Notes under the pieces: generated by a model
The model's input: only the letters and a program-made list of their open reading frames with translations
Database searches by the model: none
What the model was told of the DNA's origin: nothing
Source: a virus
DNA: 64,000 nucleotides
Strand: one strand, 5' to 3'
IMG/VR virus record: IMGVR_UViG_3300027733_000030
Location: 96,001 to 160,000 of that record
Shown here: piece after piece, positions 1 to 10,135 of the stretch
Layout of the letters: each line of letters opens with the position of its first letter
Numbering within the stretch: the stretch's first letter is position 1
Program-made: the position numbers and the translations under genes

Positions 1-3000
1 AGCGAATGCAAATCCATAAATACCTGCCATTTCCTGCATTCTAAATCCAGCTTCTCCAGCTTGAAAAGAAGTAGCACTAGGCTCCAATGGAGCTCCCGCA
101 GCGACTATTCTTGGAGGCATGACTTTAGACATCTTTGGTGGTCCATAAGATAAATTAGCATATTGCGAGTTAACATCTTTAATTGAAGATCTAACCATGG
201 CCCCAGCTGCACCAGTACTTCCTGCCCTACTAGCTAGCATGGAGTTAGTGGAATATACGCCTGCAGCGCCCCCAATCGCACCAGGTGTAGGTGCACCACC
301 CCCTGTCATTTCAAAGCCACCAGGAGCTCCTCCGCGCGCGCTTGTGCCCATGCCAGCAGTGAATCCCACTCCATTTACATAACTAGGAGTTTGTGCGTAT
401 GCTGAGGCATCGTATGCGCCCGACTGTCCAGCTCTGACATAATTAGATAGCCCTTGTGCTGTTTCATTCTCATGCATTAATACTTGCGGTTTTAGGACTT
501 TTCCAATAGTCATATTTGCCAGTGGCACTAGTGGGCCAAATGGACCAGAGAAATATTCTCCAGTAACAGGATACGGCCTATCATCATGGTGTTTACGTTC
601 AAATCTATACGGATCTAAAGGTCTTAGCGGTGAAATATCATTGTAGAACAAAAACTTTTCTGCCGGACTACCGTAAGTATCACTTGTAAACATGGCTCCT
701 GCTTGAAGTTTACGGTACCATGAAGGCCTATAGTATTGAATCTTTCCACCTTTAAATGGAGTATTACCAAGTGGCCACCATCTACCCTGTCTGATTGGAA
801 CTTCGCCTTCAGTTAATTGCTTTTTCTTATCCTCATAACTCATTCCACCTGGAGCTATTCCAGCAGATAGCGATTGAAGTTCGACTGCACCTTTTGCAAC
901 CTGCCCAAGAACTAATGGAGAATATATTCTTTCTCCTCTTTCGTCTTTACCCTTGGTCATTCCGCCTAATGTTCTGTCTACCGTTAGGGCAGTGACTCCT
1001 GCTGCGTATAGTGGCAATACTCGTTTTCCGACCATACCTCTGGCAAATAGATCTAAGGGTCCTTTAAAGTCTGAAACATTTAATTGACCACCCAAAGTAC
1101 CAAAGTATCTATTTAATCTTTCAACACCTTGTGAGATAGGAACGCTTCCTAAGGAATAGCTTTGTGGATCAGAATATGTTGTTAGACCTACCGCACTTTT
1201 TATTGCTCCCATTGGATCTCTGCCAAAGACAGTCCCAAATGTGGGTACTACTGTAACGCTTTGTCCGGAACCCAACGCATCAACAGCTAGGTCATCAACA
1301 ACATGCCCGGCTGTTCCAAAAGCTTTTTTGCCCGCTGAGAATAATGGAGAGAATTTTTTACGAATACCACTACTAATTTGATTTATTTCACCCTTAGAGA
1401 AAGGATCAAAGGTTTTTTTTAAGCTTGCGTTTTTGCTAGAAATGCTAAACATTTCTGCTGCGCCTGCTCGAGCATTTTGTATGTTAGTAGCTGAGTGTTG
1501 GAATGTTTTAAACGCACTAATGTTAAACATGCTTGAAAGTGCTGCAGCTTGTGCCTCAACTCTTTGAGATGCGCTAATTACTCCACTCTTGACTAGTTTA
1601 TCAACAGCTGTCTGCATTTCGATAAAAATATCTGCAGAGCTTCCTCCGCCTAATTGCATCTGATTAGTCTGTGAAACATATCTGAATATTTCATTTTTTA
1701 ATTCGTCTAATCTAGTTGTAATCGTCGGAGACTTTTCAGCCATTTGAGACATTGAATTAAGATTAGTCTCTTGCATTAAACGTTGGATTCTTGATGAAGA
1801 TGTGCTTAAGAAAGTTGGATCTATTCCTTTTGCCCTTAATTGTTGAGCGGTTAAGTTTTGTGCTGCTAATAAATCTTCTGCAAATTTAGTTGCTTCCGTA
1901 CCAGATTGAATTGCACTAACTTTTCTTCCACCAAATGTAAACAAATCAGGTCTACTAGTTTCAAGTTCTTTAACTACTTCGCTAGGAGTTCCATATTGAA
2001 AAGCCTGTTTACGTAAAGATTGATACCCTCTTAAAATATCTGCTTCGGCAAAATCATCTACCGCATTCCCCAAATTATCAAATACACCAAGTTCACCGTT
2101 CTTGCCAGTAGATAATTTTAATATTTTTTCTTTTCCGCCAGAATTATATTTAACATCTTCACCAGATAATAGTCGAGACATAACACCATTGTTATTTAAA
2201 TCTGTTGAACGACCTTTAAATCTAGAAGCTAAATTAAACATAGAGTTTGGCTGCTCTGAGTCAATACTCATTTTTCTTTTAAAGCGTATTGCTCTTTCTC
2301 CGCCAAGAATTCTGTCTAAGAATTTTGAACCACTTGAATCTCTAATTTCATTAATAGTTTCGCCCTGCATGTTTGCTGCGTAGCGAGTATGTCTAGTTAA
2401 TAAGTCTGTAGTATTAGTTGGAATAGCTCTATAGGTTCCATTCATTACTGAACTATGCACTGCGTCAGATAAATTATCTGTCTGGAAAGACATTAACTTA
2501 CCCTTGGTTCCCTTAGTCTTGAACCACATATGGAAGTCTGCCTTACTCTGAGCTCCTTCCGGCATGAATGGCTGCACTGTTCTAGACGATACGTACTGCA
2601 GTGGTGATCGATTTGCCATCTCTGCAAATGATCTATAGCCAAATAAATCAGCTGGGTTGAATCCCAATATTGGAATTTTGAATTCTGATGCAAAGAAGTT
2701 TGCTGTTTTAGAGAAGGTTGACTTAACGGAGGTAAAGTCTAATATTTGACCCGATCTACTTTTGTATACTCCGTCAAGTTTACTGAATCCAATAGATTTA
2801 GATACTGGGTCGTTAATAGCCATTCGTGAAGCTAAGTCATGAATGACTTTCTGTTCCTCTGGTCTCATATGCGAGAATCGACCAGATTGACGAGCTTCGT
2901 CAATTGTTAAGGATTTTAATCCAAATAAGTTGTATCCACCACCAATGACACCAGAGGTCATTTGTCGGTTTTTAATTAAGAAACCTCTTAAATCAGTAAA

Positions 3001-4992
3001 TGCGTTAGGATCAAAACCACGATTCTTTAGTGCGCCAGTAACTACATCATTAGATACTTGGCGTCCGGCGTCGTCCGTTAATTTAATGCCTAGGGTCTGG
3101 GCTGTTTTTCTTTGTAGGAATTCTGTTTTAGCTGCGGTTTGTGGGCCAGTAAAATCATGATAAGACGCCTTCATAGGCTTCAGAATTCCACCACTAACTG
3201 TAGTTAAATCATCTCTATAAAATTTATTCCAATTTTTTTGGACCTTATTATTTAGACCTTTTTGAAATTCTTTAGAAGAGAATATATCTCTAGCATCTTC
3301 TACGGAAGCTCGAAGAGCATCTGGTTTAATTGCATCTTCAAAAGTTTTTCCACCAGAAATTCCACGATATCTTTTAATTATTTTTGCAAAGAAATCGTCA
3401 CTTAGATTCGCTGCGTCTGCGCCATCTTCATATATTCTAGTTTTACCAATTGTTATAATATTGGTACTATCCATATTTGCTTTTGGCATTCTGACTTTCA
3501 AATAGTCAGTAAATTGTTTGGCTTCCTTACCTTCTAACCCTCGTGAAATTAATTGATTTTCTAAAAGATCTTTAAAGGCATCGCGTTGATGACCATAGCC
3601 AAATTGAGATCTAGTAACAGCTCCATCACCAGGTCCTCCGCCACCCATGATTCTAACTCCTGTTGCAAGGTTTGATAGCCTACTGGAGTGCTGCGACTGG
3701 ATCCTCTCCATTGCCCCTTTAAGGGACTGTGCAGCGTCTGGAGTTCCACCCATAGCCTTTAATACGTTAGCGTGTGCTATTGAATTTTCTAGGGCATCAT
3801 AGCCTTGACCTAAAAGTGTAAATTCAGATTTACCTGCCTTAAAAGCTTCGGTCAATCCTCTAGTTCCAGGCATAAGGTCAAATACACTTTTTCCAGTGTT
3901 ATTCTTAAAAAGAGCTTTGAATCCCGCATTTTTGATTTGCGACCTAGATGCCCCTTGAGCAACAGCAGCTTCTTTGGCTTGTGTTACTCCATGTCTTAGA
4001 CTATAAAGGTTTTGTACAAAACCTTGTTGATTATCATAGGCTCTTGTAGCGGAACTTAAGGCTCCAGATGTTTGTGCCGAAGTCCTAAGGAATTTATTTG
4101 TTAGCGTTGCAAAGTCATGCCCTACGTCTGCTAAAGTTTCAGTTATATCAACAAAGCCTTTACTTAATTTTTTGTTGAATGGAGTGAGATTGCGCATATC
4201 ATTCATTGAATAGCGAAGACTATTTAATGAACTACTACTAGCAGATCCGGCAGCGCCTACAGCTTCAAATGGGGCAATCATTGTTGCCATCATAGTTAAA
4301 GATGATTTAGTAAAATCACTAATAACGTCTGCTGGGTTATACCATTTTACTTTTCTTTTTCCTTCTTCGCGATTACCAAAAATTGGATCAACAATTGCTT
4401 TTTGTGCACCGTACATTGCTGGAAGTTCATACGGCATTCTACGACCTGCGCGCACTAATCTTTGTTGCAATTCGTCCTTATAGGCCCATACTGCTGTAGG
4501 CTCACTTAAGAAGCCAGATCCTGCAAGATTTTTTTCTTCCTTAGTTAAATATTGGTAGCCAAATCTTTCGCTAATTTTTCCATCGTAACCAGTACTTAGT
4601 TTGCCAGATTTATCAAAAGCTACTAATTTGCCATATAAATCTTCACCACTATCAACAAACCTACTAACACCTTGGAGCTCGTCTAAATGACGACGAATTT
4701 GAGTTGCACTTTCCACTATTCGAGTTGCTAGTGGGTGACCTGCTTCTGAGGAAGTTTGCAGGAATTTTCCTAGTTTTAATCCGCCTTCTCTAGTTAACTT
4801 GGAGGCGACTGTAGCTGCCACCATAACTGTAGCAGTCGAGGCAAGAAACCTCATAATTGGGTGACCGTTTAGGGCGCGACTGACCATGCCGGAGTTTGGG
4901 GCTACGCCGTCAGATTCCCCTTCACCTACAGGAATATCTCTAGATGTTACGCCGTATCCTAAGTTTTGTATTGGTCCTGGATCGCGTATCAA
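1..4992 (-). CDS. Very large tape-measure-like or tail-associated virion protein (>1660 aa, truncated by the window edge)
   Basis: Not in the ORF track. TTG start at 4992 follows an AAGGAG RBS. I found no in-frame stop in the many lines I checked down to base 1 (sampled, not exhaustive). N-terminus MIRDPGPIQNLGYGVTSRD; Ala/Gly-rich helical composition. Lies directly downstream of tube and chaperone genes, the usual tape-measure position. Confidence 0.75.
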   Translation of the reverse strand, partial: MIRDPGPIQNLGYGVTSRDIPVGEGESDGVAPNSGMVSRALNGHPIMRFLASTATVMVAATVASKLTREGGLKLGKFLQTSSEAGHPLATRIVESATQIRRHLDELQGVSRFVDSGEDLYGKLVAFDKSGKLSTGYDGKISERFGYQYLTKEEKNLAGSGFLSEPTAVWAYKDELQQRLVRAGRRMPYELPAMYGAQKAIVDPIFGNREEGKRKVKWYNPADVISDFTKSSLTMMATMIAPFEAVGAAGSASSSSLNSLRYSMNDMRNLTPFNKKLSKGFVDITETLADVGHDFATLTNKFLRTSAQTSGALSSATRAYDNQQGFVQNLYSLRHGVTQAKEAAVAQGASRSQIKNAGFKALFKNNTGKSVFDLMPGTRGLTEAFKAGKSEFTLLGQGYDALENSIAHANVLKAMGGTPDAAQSLKGAMERIQSQHSSRLSNLATGVRIMGGGGPGDGAVTRSQFGYGHQRDAFKDLLENQLISRGLEGKEAKQFTDYLKVRMPKANMDSTNIITIGKTRIYEDGADAANLSDDFFAKIIKRYRGISGGKTFEDAIKPDALRASVEDARDIFSSKEFQKGLNNKVQKNWNKFYRDDLTTVSGGILKPMKASYHDFTGPQTAAKTEFLQRKTAQTLGIKLTDDAGRQVSNDVVTGALKNRGFDPNAFTDLRGFLIKNRQMTSGVIGGGYNLFGLKSLTIDEARQSGRFSHMRPEEQKVIHDLASRMAINDPVSKSIGFSKLDGVYKSRSGQILDFTSVKSTFSKTANFFASEFKIPILGFNPADLFGYRSFAEMANRSPLQYVSSRTVQPFMPEGAQSKADFHMWFKTKGTKGKLMSFQTDNLSDAVHSSVMNGTYRAIPTNTTDLLTRHTRYAANMQGETINEIRDSSGSKFLDRILGGERAIRFKRKMSIDSEQPNSMFNLASRFKGRSTDLNNNGVMSRLLSGEDVKYNSGGKEKILKLSTGKNGELGVFDNLGNAVDDFAEADILRGYQSLRKQAFQYGTPSEVVKELETSRPDLFTFGGRKVSAIQSGTEATKFAEDLLAAQNLTAQQLRAKGIDPTFLSTSSSRIQRLMQETNLNSMSQMAEKSPTITTRLDELKNEIFRYVSQTNQMQLGGGSSADIFIEMQTAVDKLVKSGVISASQRVEAQAAALSSMFNISAFKTFQHSATNIQNARAGAAEMFSISSKNASLKKTFDPFSKGEINQISSGIRKKFSPLFSAGKKAFGTAGHVVDDLAVDALGSGQSVTVVPTFGTVFGRDPMGAIKSAVGLTTYSDPQSYSLGSVPISQGVERLNRYFGTLGGQLNVSDFKGPLDLFARGMVGKRVLPLYAAGVTALTVDRTLGGMTKGKDERGERIYSPLVLGQVAKGAVELQSLSAGIAPGGMSYEDKKKQLTEGEVPIRQGRWWPLGNTPFKGGKIQYYRPSWYRKLQAGAMFTSDTYGSPAEKFLFYNDISPLRPLDPYRFERKHHDDRPYPVTGEYFSGPFGPLVPLANMTIGKVLKPQVLMHENETAQGLSNYVRAGQSGAYDASAYAQTPSYVNGVGFTAGMGTSARGGAPGGFEMTGGGAPTPGAIGGAAGVYSTNSMLASRAGSTGAAGAMVRSSIKDVNSQYANLSYGPPKMSKVMPPRIVAAGAPLEPSATSFQAGEAGFRMQEMAGIYGFAFA

Positions 4993-5009
4993 TCTAACTC
5001 CTTAGATTA

Positions 5010-5633
5010 TTATCCCCATAGTTTTTGAGCAATGGGGTCTTCATATGTAGATGCTCCTGGCATCTTAGACAGATTGTGTCTTGCTGCATGCATTTTTTGC
5101 TTTTCTAATTCTTCTTCAGGATCTATTAATTGAAGAGTTAAACTAGTAGATTCAATGCCGTTAATGCCTTGCTTGATTTCTATTATTTTTTCAGCTAGAG
5201 CAACTCTTTCCGCCAACTGGGAGAAAGTCATTTCATCTAATTGCTCTGGACTGTATGCACTTATAGTAGCGAGAACAAAGGCTTTCATTAAATTTTTAAC
5301 TTCTGTAGCTTCTTCTCTTTTTTCTTGAAGAATTCTTTTAGCTAATTTTGCAGAAGTTATTCCAGATATATCTAATACCTCCTGAGCTAAAGAAGAAACA
5401 TTCCCAGGAGGTATTAGAGCAATATTAAAATCTTCAGGATAGACAATGCTAAATTCTAAGACTAGATCTTCAACATCAGCTGAAGAAAAATCTTCTAGAT
5501 CTTTATAATAAAGAATTTGACCATATTCTTTAAATGTTAGTTCTCTAAAAACTACATCTTTATTTTTAATGTTAACAGAATAAATATTTCCATATTTATT
5601 TTTAAGATCAAAAATTAATTGGCTGTCCAACAT
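5010..5633 (-). CDS. Putative tail assembly chaperone 2
   Basis: 207 aa between tube genes and the tape-measure-like gene. Shares the YG.(I/V)Y...I...(V/I)(F/W)R.L...EY pattern with the upstream neighbour. Confidence 0.55.
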   Translation of the reverse strand: MLDSQLIFDLKNKYGNIYSVNIKNKDVVFRELTFKEYGQILYYKDLEDFSSADVEDLVLEFSIVYPEDFNIALIPPGNVSSLAQEVLDISGITSAKLAKRILQEKREEATEVKNLMKAFVLATISAYSPEQLDEMTFSQLAERVALAEKIIEIKQGINGIESTSLTLQLIDPEEELEKQKMHAARHNLSKMPGASTYEDPIAQKLWG

Positions 5634-5637
5634 TTAA

Positions 5638-6180
5638 TTAGAGTTGTCTAACCTCAAGGGCTACAAAGCCTGAAGCTTCTAGCACTTCTTGAGCAATGAG
5701 CGATGGCATTCCAGCCATAACTCCAGATGCTGACTGTTTGTCATATTTAGGATAGAGTACGCATAGTTCAGTGATGGCTTCTTCATTCCACATATTTGCT
5801 TCAGCCGAAGTTAATTGTCCACCTTGGACCAATTGTTCCATTTTTTTAACAATCTGCTTATATTCAACTCTATTTAATACACGCCAAACGATATGCTTGT
5901 CATAGGAAATAGAAGTCACATAAACATCTCCATAGTGCTCTTTCCACTTTTTAATCATTCCAGCGTTAGGGCCACCGTCCCAGATCTCTACATCATCGTC
6001 AAGATCTTCAATAGCTTTTGATTCTTCCAAATCAATGTCAAATTCATCAGCTGCTTCTTGAGCTCTTACGTCTACCGCATCTACATCATCAGAATATGCT
6101 AGCGTTACCGCTTCATCAAAACCCAAATTCTGGATATCTTCTGGAGTATCTGCTATTACTACTTTTCTTTCGTTTGCCAT
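5638..6180 (-). CDS. Putative tail assembly chaperone 1
   Basis: 180 aa with acidic N-terminus; WKEHYGDVYV...IVWRVLNRVEY motif; syntenic position after the tube genes. Confidence 0.6.
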   Translation of the reverse strand: MANERKVVIADTPEDIQNLGFDEAVTLAYSDDVDAVDVRAQEAADEFDIDLEESKAIEDLDDDVEIWDGGPNAGMIKKWKEHYGDVYVTSISYDKHIVWRVLNRVEYKQIVKKMEQLVQGGQLTSAEANMWNEEAITELCVLYPKYDKQSASGVMAGMPSLIAQEVLEASGFVALEVRQL

Positions 6181-6255
6181 ATTAATGTTTCTCCTTAGTA
6201 TGTATCAGTACATAATATCATAAAATTACTTTTTTTTCAATTGTTAATCACTAGA

Positions 6256-7227
6256 CTAAAAGCTCCAACTTGTATTCGGATCACGTAGTACTTGATCAAA
6301 AGTGCGTGAATCTGGATTAGCATTAGATGGTGCGTCAGAATCTGAAGTATTATTGGCGGACATACCTTTCATGAAACCCAGATCTGCTTCTGTAAAATAA
6401 TAATCTCTAGCTATGAATTGATAACTCTCAGCGACTGGTTGACCACCTGGACTATAGTTAGTTGACATATTCATTAAGTTGACTTGCTGAAGAATTATTT
6501 TCATAGGACTGACCCTATTGTCTACTCTAATACTTCTTTGATTAACATCAAAAGACATTTGATTATTTAAATAACTAGAAGTACTTGAATCTTCCGATGT
6601 ATTAGCACTGAAAGGGCTTAAAGCAGTTTCCTCTAATCCATAGAGAATTACGAAGTTAAATGGTGGATGGGCACTAAAGATACTCTTAGTATCAGCTGCT
6701 GAATCAGCTTTTGCTGGGTCCGAAGTAATCCTATCTAATTGACTGTAGGACCAATATTTTTCTATATTTTTTTCATCTTCTGATGAAAGTTGCGAATCTA
6801 ATCTTGAAATAATTGAATCTTTAGGAGTTCTGACATCTTTATTCATAACCCTAGACTTTGCAGCCTTTTCTAGCATTTCTGTCATTCTACGTGGATATCT
6901 AGTAAAAATAGTTATTTCACCACTAATTATTCTTGTACCTAACATCACCGTATCATAATTATATGACCAAAATCCGTATACCGGTTGCTTCTCTTGTCTT
7001 ACTGAGTAAGCAAATGAAGCTATATCTAATTCATCTTCCGGACCGAAAAGACCATCGATGTATACCTTTACATCTTCGCCACTAAAATAATAGTCATAAT
7101 AATTATTAAAAGTTTTATCATTATCGGGCGCGCTTCCTGCCCAAACTCTATCTATTTGATCAGATAGAGGATCATATTGCTTATCAAATTTCCAAAATTT
7201 TTTATTATCTAACCTTGGCTCTGGCAT
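6256..7227 (-). CDS. Tail tube-like paralog 3 (possible tube initiator or baseplate hub)
   Basis: FSGEDV...IASFAYSVRQEKQPVYGF...GTRIISGEITI and PPFNFVI align by eye with the other two tube-like proteins. Confidence 0.65.
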   Translation of the reverse strand: MPEPRLDNKKFWKFDKQYDPLSDQIDRVWAGSAPDNDKTFNNYYDYYFSGEDVKVYIDGLFGPEDELDIASFAYSVRQEKQPVYGFWSYNYDTVMLGTRIISGEITIFTRYPRRMTEMLEKAAKSRVMNKDVRTPKDSIISRLDSQLSSEDEKNIEKYWSYSQLDRITSDPAKADSAADTKSIFSAHPPFNFVILYGLEETALSPFSANTSEDSSTSSYLNNQMSFDVNQRSIRVDNRVSPMKIILQQVNLMNMSTNYSPGGQPVAESYQFIARDYYFTEADLGFMKGMSANNTSDSDAPSNANPDSRTFDQVLRDPNTSWSF

Positions 7228-7233
7228 TATTAC

Positions 7234-7971
7234 CTACTGTCTAACAATATGTTCTATCATATTTTGATTATAAAATTCTGCTAGTTTGTCAGTGGCTTCA
7301 TCGCCAAAGATATTTCTAGATATTTGTACATCTCGCTGAACTACTTCTGGACTTCTGGTTGAATCTGTTTCGGATCCAATATCCATTTTAACCATTGGTT
7401 GAATACCACGAGCCATATAAGTATACGTCTGCTCTGTGATTAAGTCATCAATAGATATTGTTTGACCTTCATCTACAATAGTAATACCAAATATTTTCAT
7501 TTTGGCAGATTGTCCATACTCATTGAAGAATGAAATAACAATATCAAAAGGAGGCAACATGTCTGCTAATGGAGCAAAAAAACCATTTCTTCTTCCTAGT
7601 AGTTCTCTATATTTTTTAATTTTATAAAATGCATATTCGTTAAATACAGTAAAGATTAAACTTCCAGCTATTGTTCTTCCGCCCTTAATAAAACCCCTGG
7701 CATTAACATGGCCAAGAGTTCTAACGGGTGAATTTTCCCTATGTATTGAATATGATAACGTCTGTAGTTCTCCTAATTCAATTATATCGCCTTCATTGGT
7801 AATTCTTCCATCTTCACCTATAACAGGAATGATCATAGTTGCTACTGCATCCGCTCCTGAAAATGATATATTTTGAAGAGAGGCATTTGGATCATATGTT
7901 CCGCGAGGACCTTGATCTTCTGTCGGTTCAATAATTGCTTTTGGTTTACCAGTATAAATTTGAGTAGTCAT
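7234..7971 (-). CDS. Tail tube-like paralog 2
   Basis: FSGADAVA...LQTLSYSIHRENSPVRTLG...GGRTIAGSLIFTVF...D.LPPFDI.I.F.NEYGQ; clear paralog of 8048-8725. Confidence 0.7.
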   Translation of the reverse strand: MTTQIYTGKPKAIIEPTEDQGPRGTYDPNASLQNISFSGADAVATMIIPVIGEDGRITNEGDIIELGELQTLSYSIHRENSPVRTLGHVNARGFIKGGRTIAGSLIFTVFNEYAFYKIKKYRELLGRRNGFFAPLADMLPPFDIVISFFNEYGQSAKMKIFGITIVDEGQTISIDDLITEQTYTYMARGIQPMVKMDIGSETDSTRSPEVVQRDVQISRNIFGDEATDKLAEFYNQNMIEHIVRQ

Positions 7972-7984
7972 TATTCCCTGTCCT

Positions 7985-8024
7985 TAAAATGAAATGTGCA
8001 CGGAGGAAGATCCCCCGTGCACAC
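7985..8024 (-). terminator. Probable intrinsic terminator after the major tube gene
   Basis: GTGCACGG/CCGTGCAC inverted repeat followed by a T-rich tract on the minus strand. Confidence 0.6.
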
Positions 8025-8047
8025 CTGTCAACCTAGAGTATTTATTA

Positions 8048-8725
8048 TCAGGGTCTGATAATATCTGACTTAAGAGCATTTGACTGAATAAAGTCAAGAG
8101 CATCGGCGTCAGCGTTGTCAATAAGACCGTCTGTTTTGATTGTGTACATAGGACCGAGTTCACGAGCAACATAAGTCATCGTTTCTTCAATGACGATGTC
8201 ATCCATCGAGGCGCCTGAACCTTCATTCAAAAGTTCAACACCGTAGATTGATCTAACGGCAGCTTGGCCATACTCATTCACAAATGTGATAGTAATATCA
8301 AAGGGAGGAATCTGGTCAGCGTAGTAAGGAACTTTCTTTACAACACTGAGAGCCTGATCATTGACATCAGCTATTCCGCGATACTTGTAAGCTGTATCGC
8401 CAGGAAGCGCATTATGACTTCTTGTGTAGAAGACCTGTGTTGGGTCACCATTTGCACGGTTCTTGTCCAACATTGTATACAATGCGGGGCGATCAAAAAC
8501 TGTGAAAATCAATGAGCCTGCAATACCTCTTTTTCCTCTTGAGAATGAACGAGGATTAGGTGAACCCATTGTGTAAATGGGAGCTTTTTCTCTAGTGACA
8601 GAGAAAGTAATGCCCGAAAGAGCACCAATTTCAATTCCACCAAAAGTGGCTACAATGTCTGCACCTGAGAAGGTGGTGTAGGTATTTAGGTATTTATTTA
8701 CTGATGTATAATCTTCAGTTGCCAT
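8048..8725 (-). CDS. Major tail tube protein
   Basis: Immediately downstream of the sheath gene. TFSGADIVATF...GITFSVTREKAPIYTMG...RGKRGIAGSLIFTVF motif set typical of contractile-tail tube proteins. Confidence 0.8.
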   Translation of the reverse strand: MATEDYTSVNKYLNTYTTFSGADIVATFGGIEIGALSGITFSVTREKAPIYTMGSPNPRSFSRGKRGIAGSLIFTVFDRPALYTMLDKNRANGDPTQVFYTRSHNALPGDTAYKYRGIADVNDQALSVVKKVPYYADQIPPFDITITFVNEYGQAAVRSIYGVELLNEGSGASMDDIVIEETMTYVARELGPMYTIKTDGLIDNADADALDFIQSNALKSDIIRP

Positions 8726-8750
8726 TTTGAATTACCCTCCAATCGGTATA

Positions 8751-10022
8751 TTATAAATTAATGGCTACCTGGACTTCGATTGTTTTAAGTTCGAAGGCAG
8801 GTGTTAAAATGAGGTCAACAATCGCTTTATTCTGATTGGGAACATACGAAACTGTAAAATCGCTTCCCAATAAAGCACCCATGAGCTGCATTCCTCTTAA
8901 ACCGGAAGTAATTGCTGTTTCCATCGCATTGCGAACTTGAATGTTCGATGGCTCACCAATAAACTTCTGGCAAACTTGTCTAATGACAAGAGAAGCTTCG
9001 TCAACAATTCTCTTTGTTGACAAACGCGTGTAGTCTGATGTTGTCTGACCGAATGTCAAACCTTCACCAAAAACTGCTACTTTATTAAAGTTAAGAACAA
9101 CAGTATTGACACCCTTTGTGCTCAAAGCTTGCTGCTGAGTTCTTGTTGGGGCATAGCGAAGAGCTTCGACATTATAAAGTGGCTTATTGACCACTGAACT
9201 ATACGAAGGAAGTCTACTCAACGAAGCTGCCAAGAAGGCTGCGCCATTTGAATAGCCAAAATCTGTTGTTCCCGACTTATAGTTAACTGGCTTAATTTCA
9301 GTAGCAACGATAGAAATATATGGTCCGACTGACTTCCAGGCATCGCCTGCATCTCTGTCTGGCAATCCAGTCAAGGACAACTTAGTTGCCGTTTGGCTCG
9401 GAGTCATTCTTTCATAGGTGGCAGTTCCGCCAAGAGTTGTACTGGCCAAGAAGGGCTTAACGCCCATAATTCCCAGACAAGGGTTAGTATTCTCTGAGAT
9501 TGTCTTAACTGCAACGCCAACTTTGTAGGCCCAGTTTGTTGCATAGGCGCTATTGTTATCTGCATGGAAGCCATATTCTCTGTCATCACTGGGTGTGGCA
9601 GCGTTTGCATTCCAGTCATTGGCTTCTGAGCCACGACCCCAAGGGATAATCATGTCTGGGACTGCTGATTCTGCTGCGACAAAGGCTGCATCAAAAACAG
9701 ATCCACCAAAGGTTGCACTTGTTACTGTGCACAGTGTGTGATTAAATACTGTATCACTTGGGAGCGGGACAATGAAAATTCTTTCAGCGCCAGCAGTGAC
9801 CAGTTCGAGGAATGAGCGGTGTGCGTCTGATCCGCTACCGAATGCGGTAATTGCGTCAGCTTCGTTTGACACTCTAACTACGTCAAGGTCGGGAACTCCA
9901 CCAGTGCCGTCAGCGGTGCTGCGCTTCGCAATAGTTACAATTCTTGGACCAACAGGTGCGTCTTGTCTCGACACACTGTAAAAACGATCTCTTATTAAGG
10001 TTGTTACTCCAGGTATAGCCAT
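8751..10022 (-). CDS. Tail sheath protein
   Basis: 423 aa. C-terminal sheath domain: GVNTVV...VFGEGLT...YTRLSTKRIVD...FIGEP...PAFELKTIEVQV. Confidence 0.85.
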   Translation of the reverse strand: MAIPGVTTLIRDRFYSVSRQDAPVGPRIVTIAKRSTADGTGGVPDLDVVRVSNEADAITAFGSGSDAHRSFLELVTAGAERIFIVPLPSDTVFNHTLCTVTSATFGGSVFDAAFVAAESAVPDMIIPWGRGSEANDWNANAATPSDDREYGFHADNNSAYATNWAYKVGVAVKTISENTNPCLGIMGVKPFLASTTLGGTATYERMTPSQTATKLSLTGLPDRDAGDAWKSVGPYISIVATEIKPVNYKSGTTDFGYSNGAAFLAASLSRLPSYSSVVNKPLYNVEALRYAPTRTQQQALSTKGVNTVVLNFNKVAVFGEGLTFGQTTSDYTRLSTKRIVDEASLVIRQVCQKFIGEPSNIQVRNAMETAITSGLRGMQLMGALLGSDFTVSYVPNQNKAIVDLILTPAFELKTIEVQVAINL

Positions 10023-10067
10023 ATTATTTTTAGACCTCCGATTAGGAATCTTTTAGAATCTTCATTT

Positions 10068-10073
10068 ATAGTA
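10068..10073 (-). promoter_or_regulatory. Candidate late-promoter core TACTAT upstream of the sheath gene (also at 18074, 22161, 24940, 45332 on minus; 47204, 63504 on plus)
   Basis: The same hexamer, mostly as (T)TACTAT(A/T), sits in the short intergenic gaps 20-110 nt upstream of several operon-leading genes, in the sense orientation. Confidence 0.5.
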
Positions 10074-10135
10074 ACAGGTAAGTTATAAAAACAACTTCAC
10101 AAACATTTTATCTGAAGATAAATATATAGGTTTGA

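Noticed and set aside
1-4992. Virion RNA polymerase fused to the tape measure, as in Thermus phage P23-45
   Set aside because: I saw no DxDGD-like motif in the parts I translated. The translation was partial and the C-terminus lies outside the window, so this is unsupported rather than excluded.
5010-6180. Programmed frameshift between tail chaperone genes
   Set aside because: Both ORFs have their own start and resemble full paralogs, and I saw no convincing slippery site at the junction.
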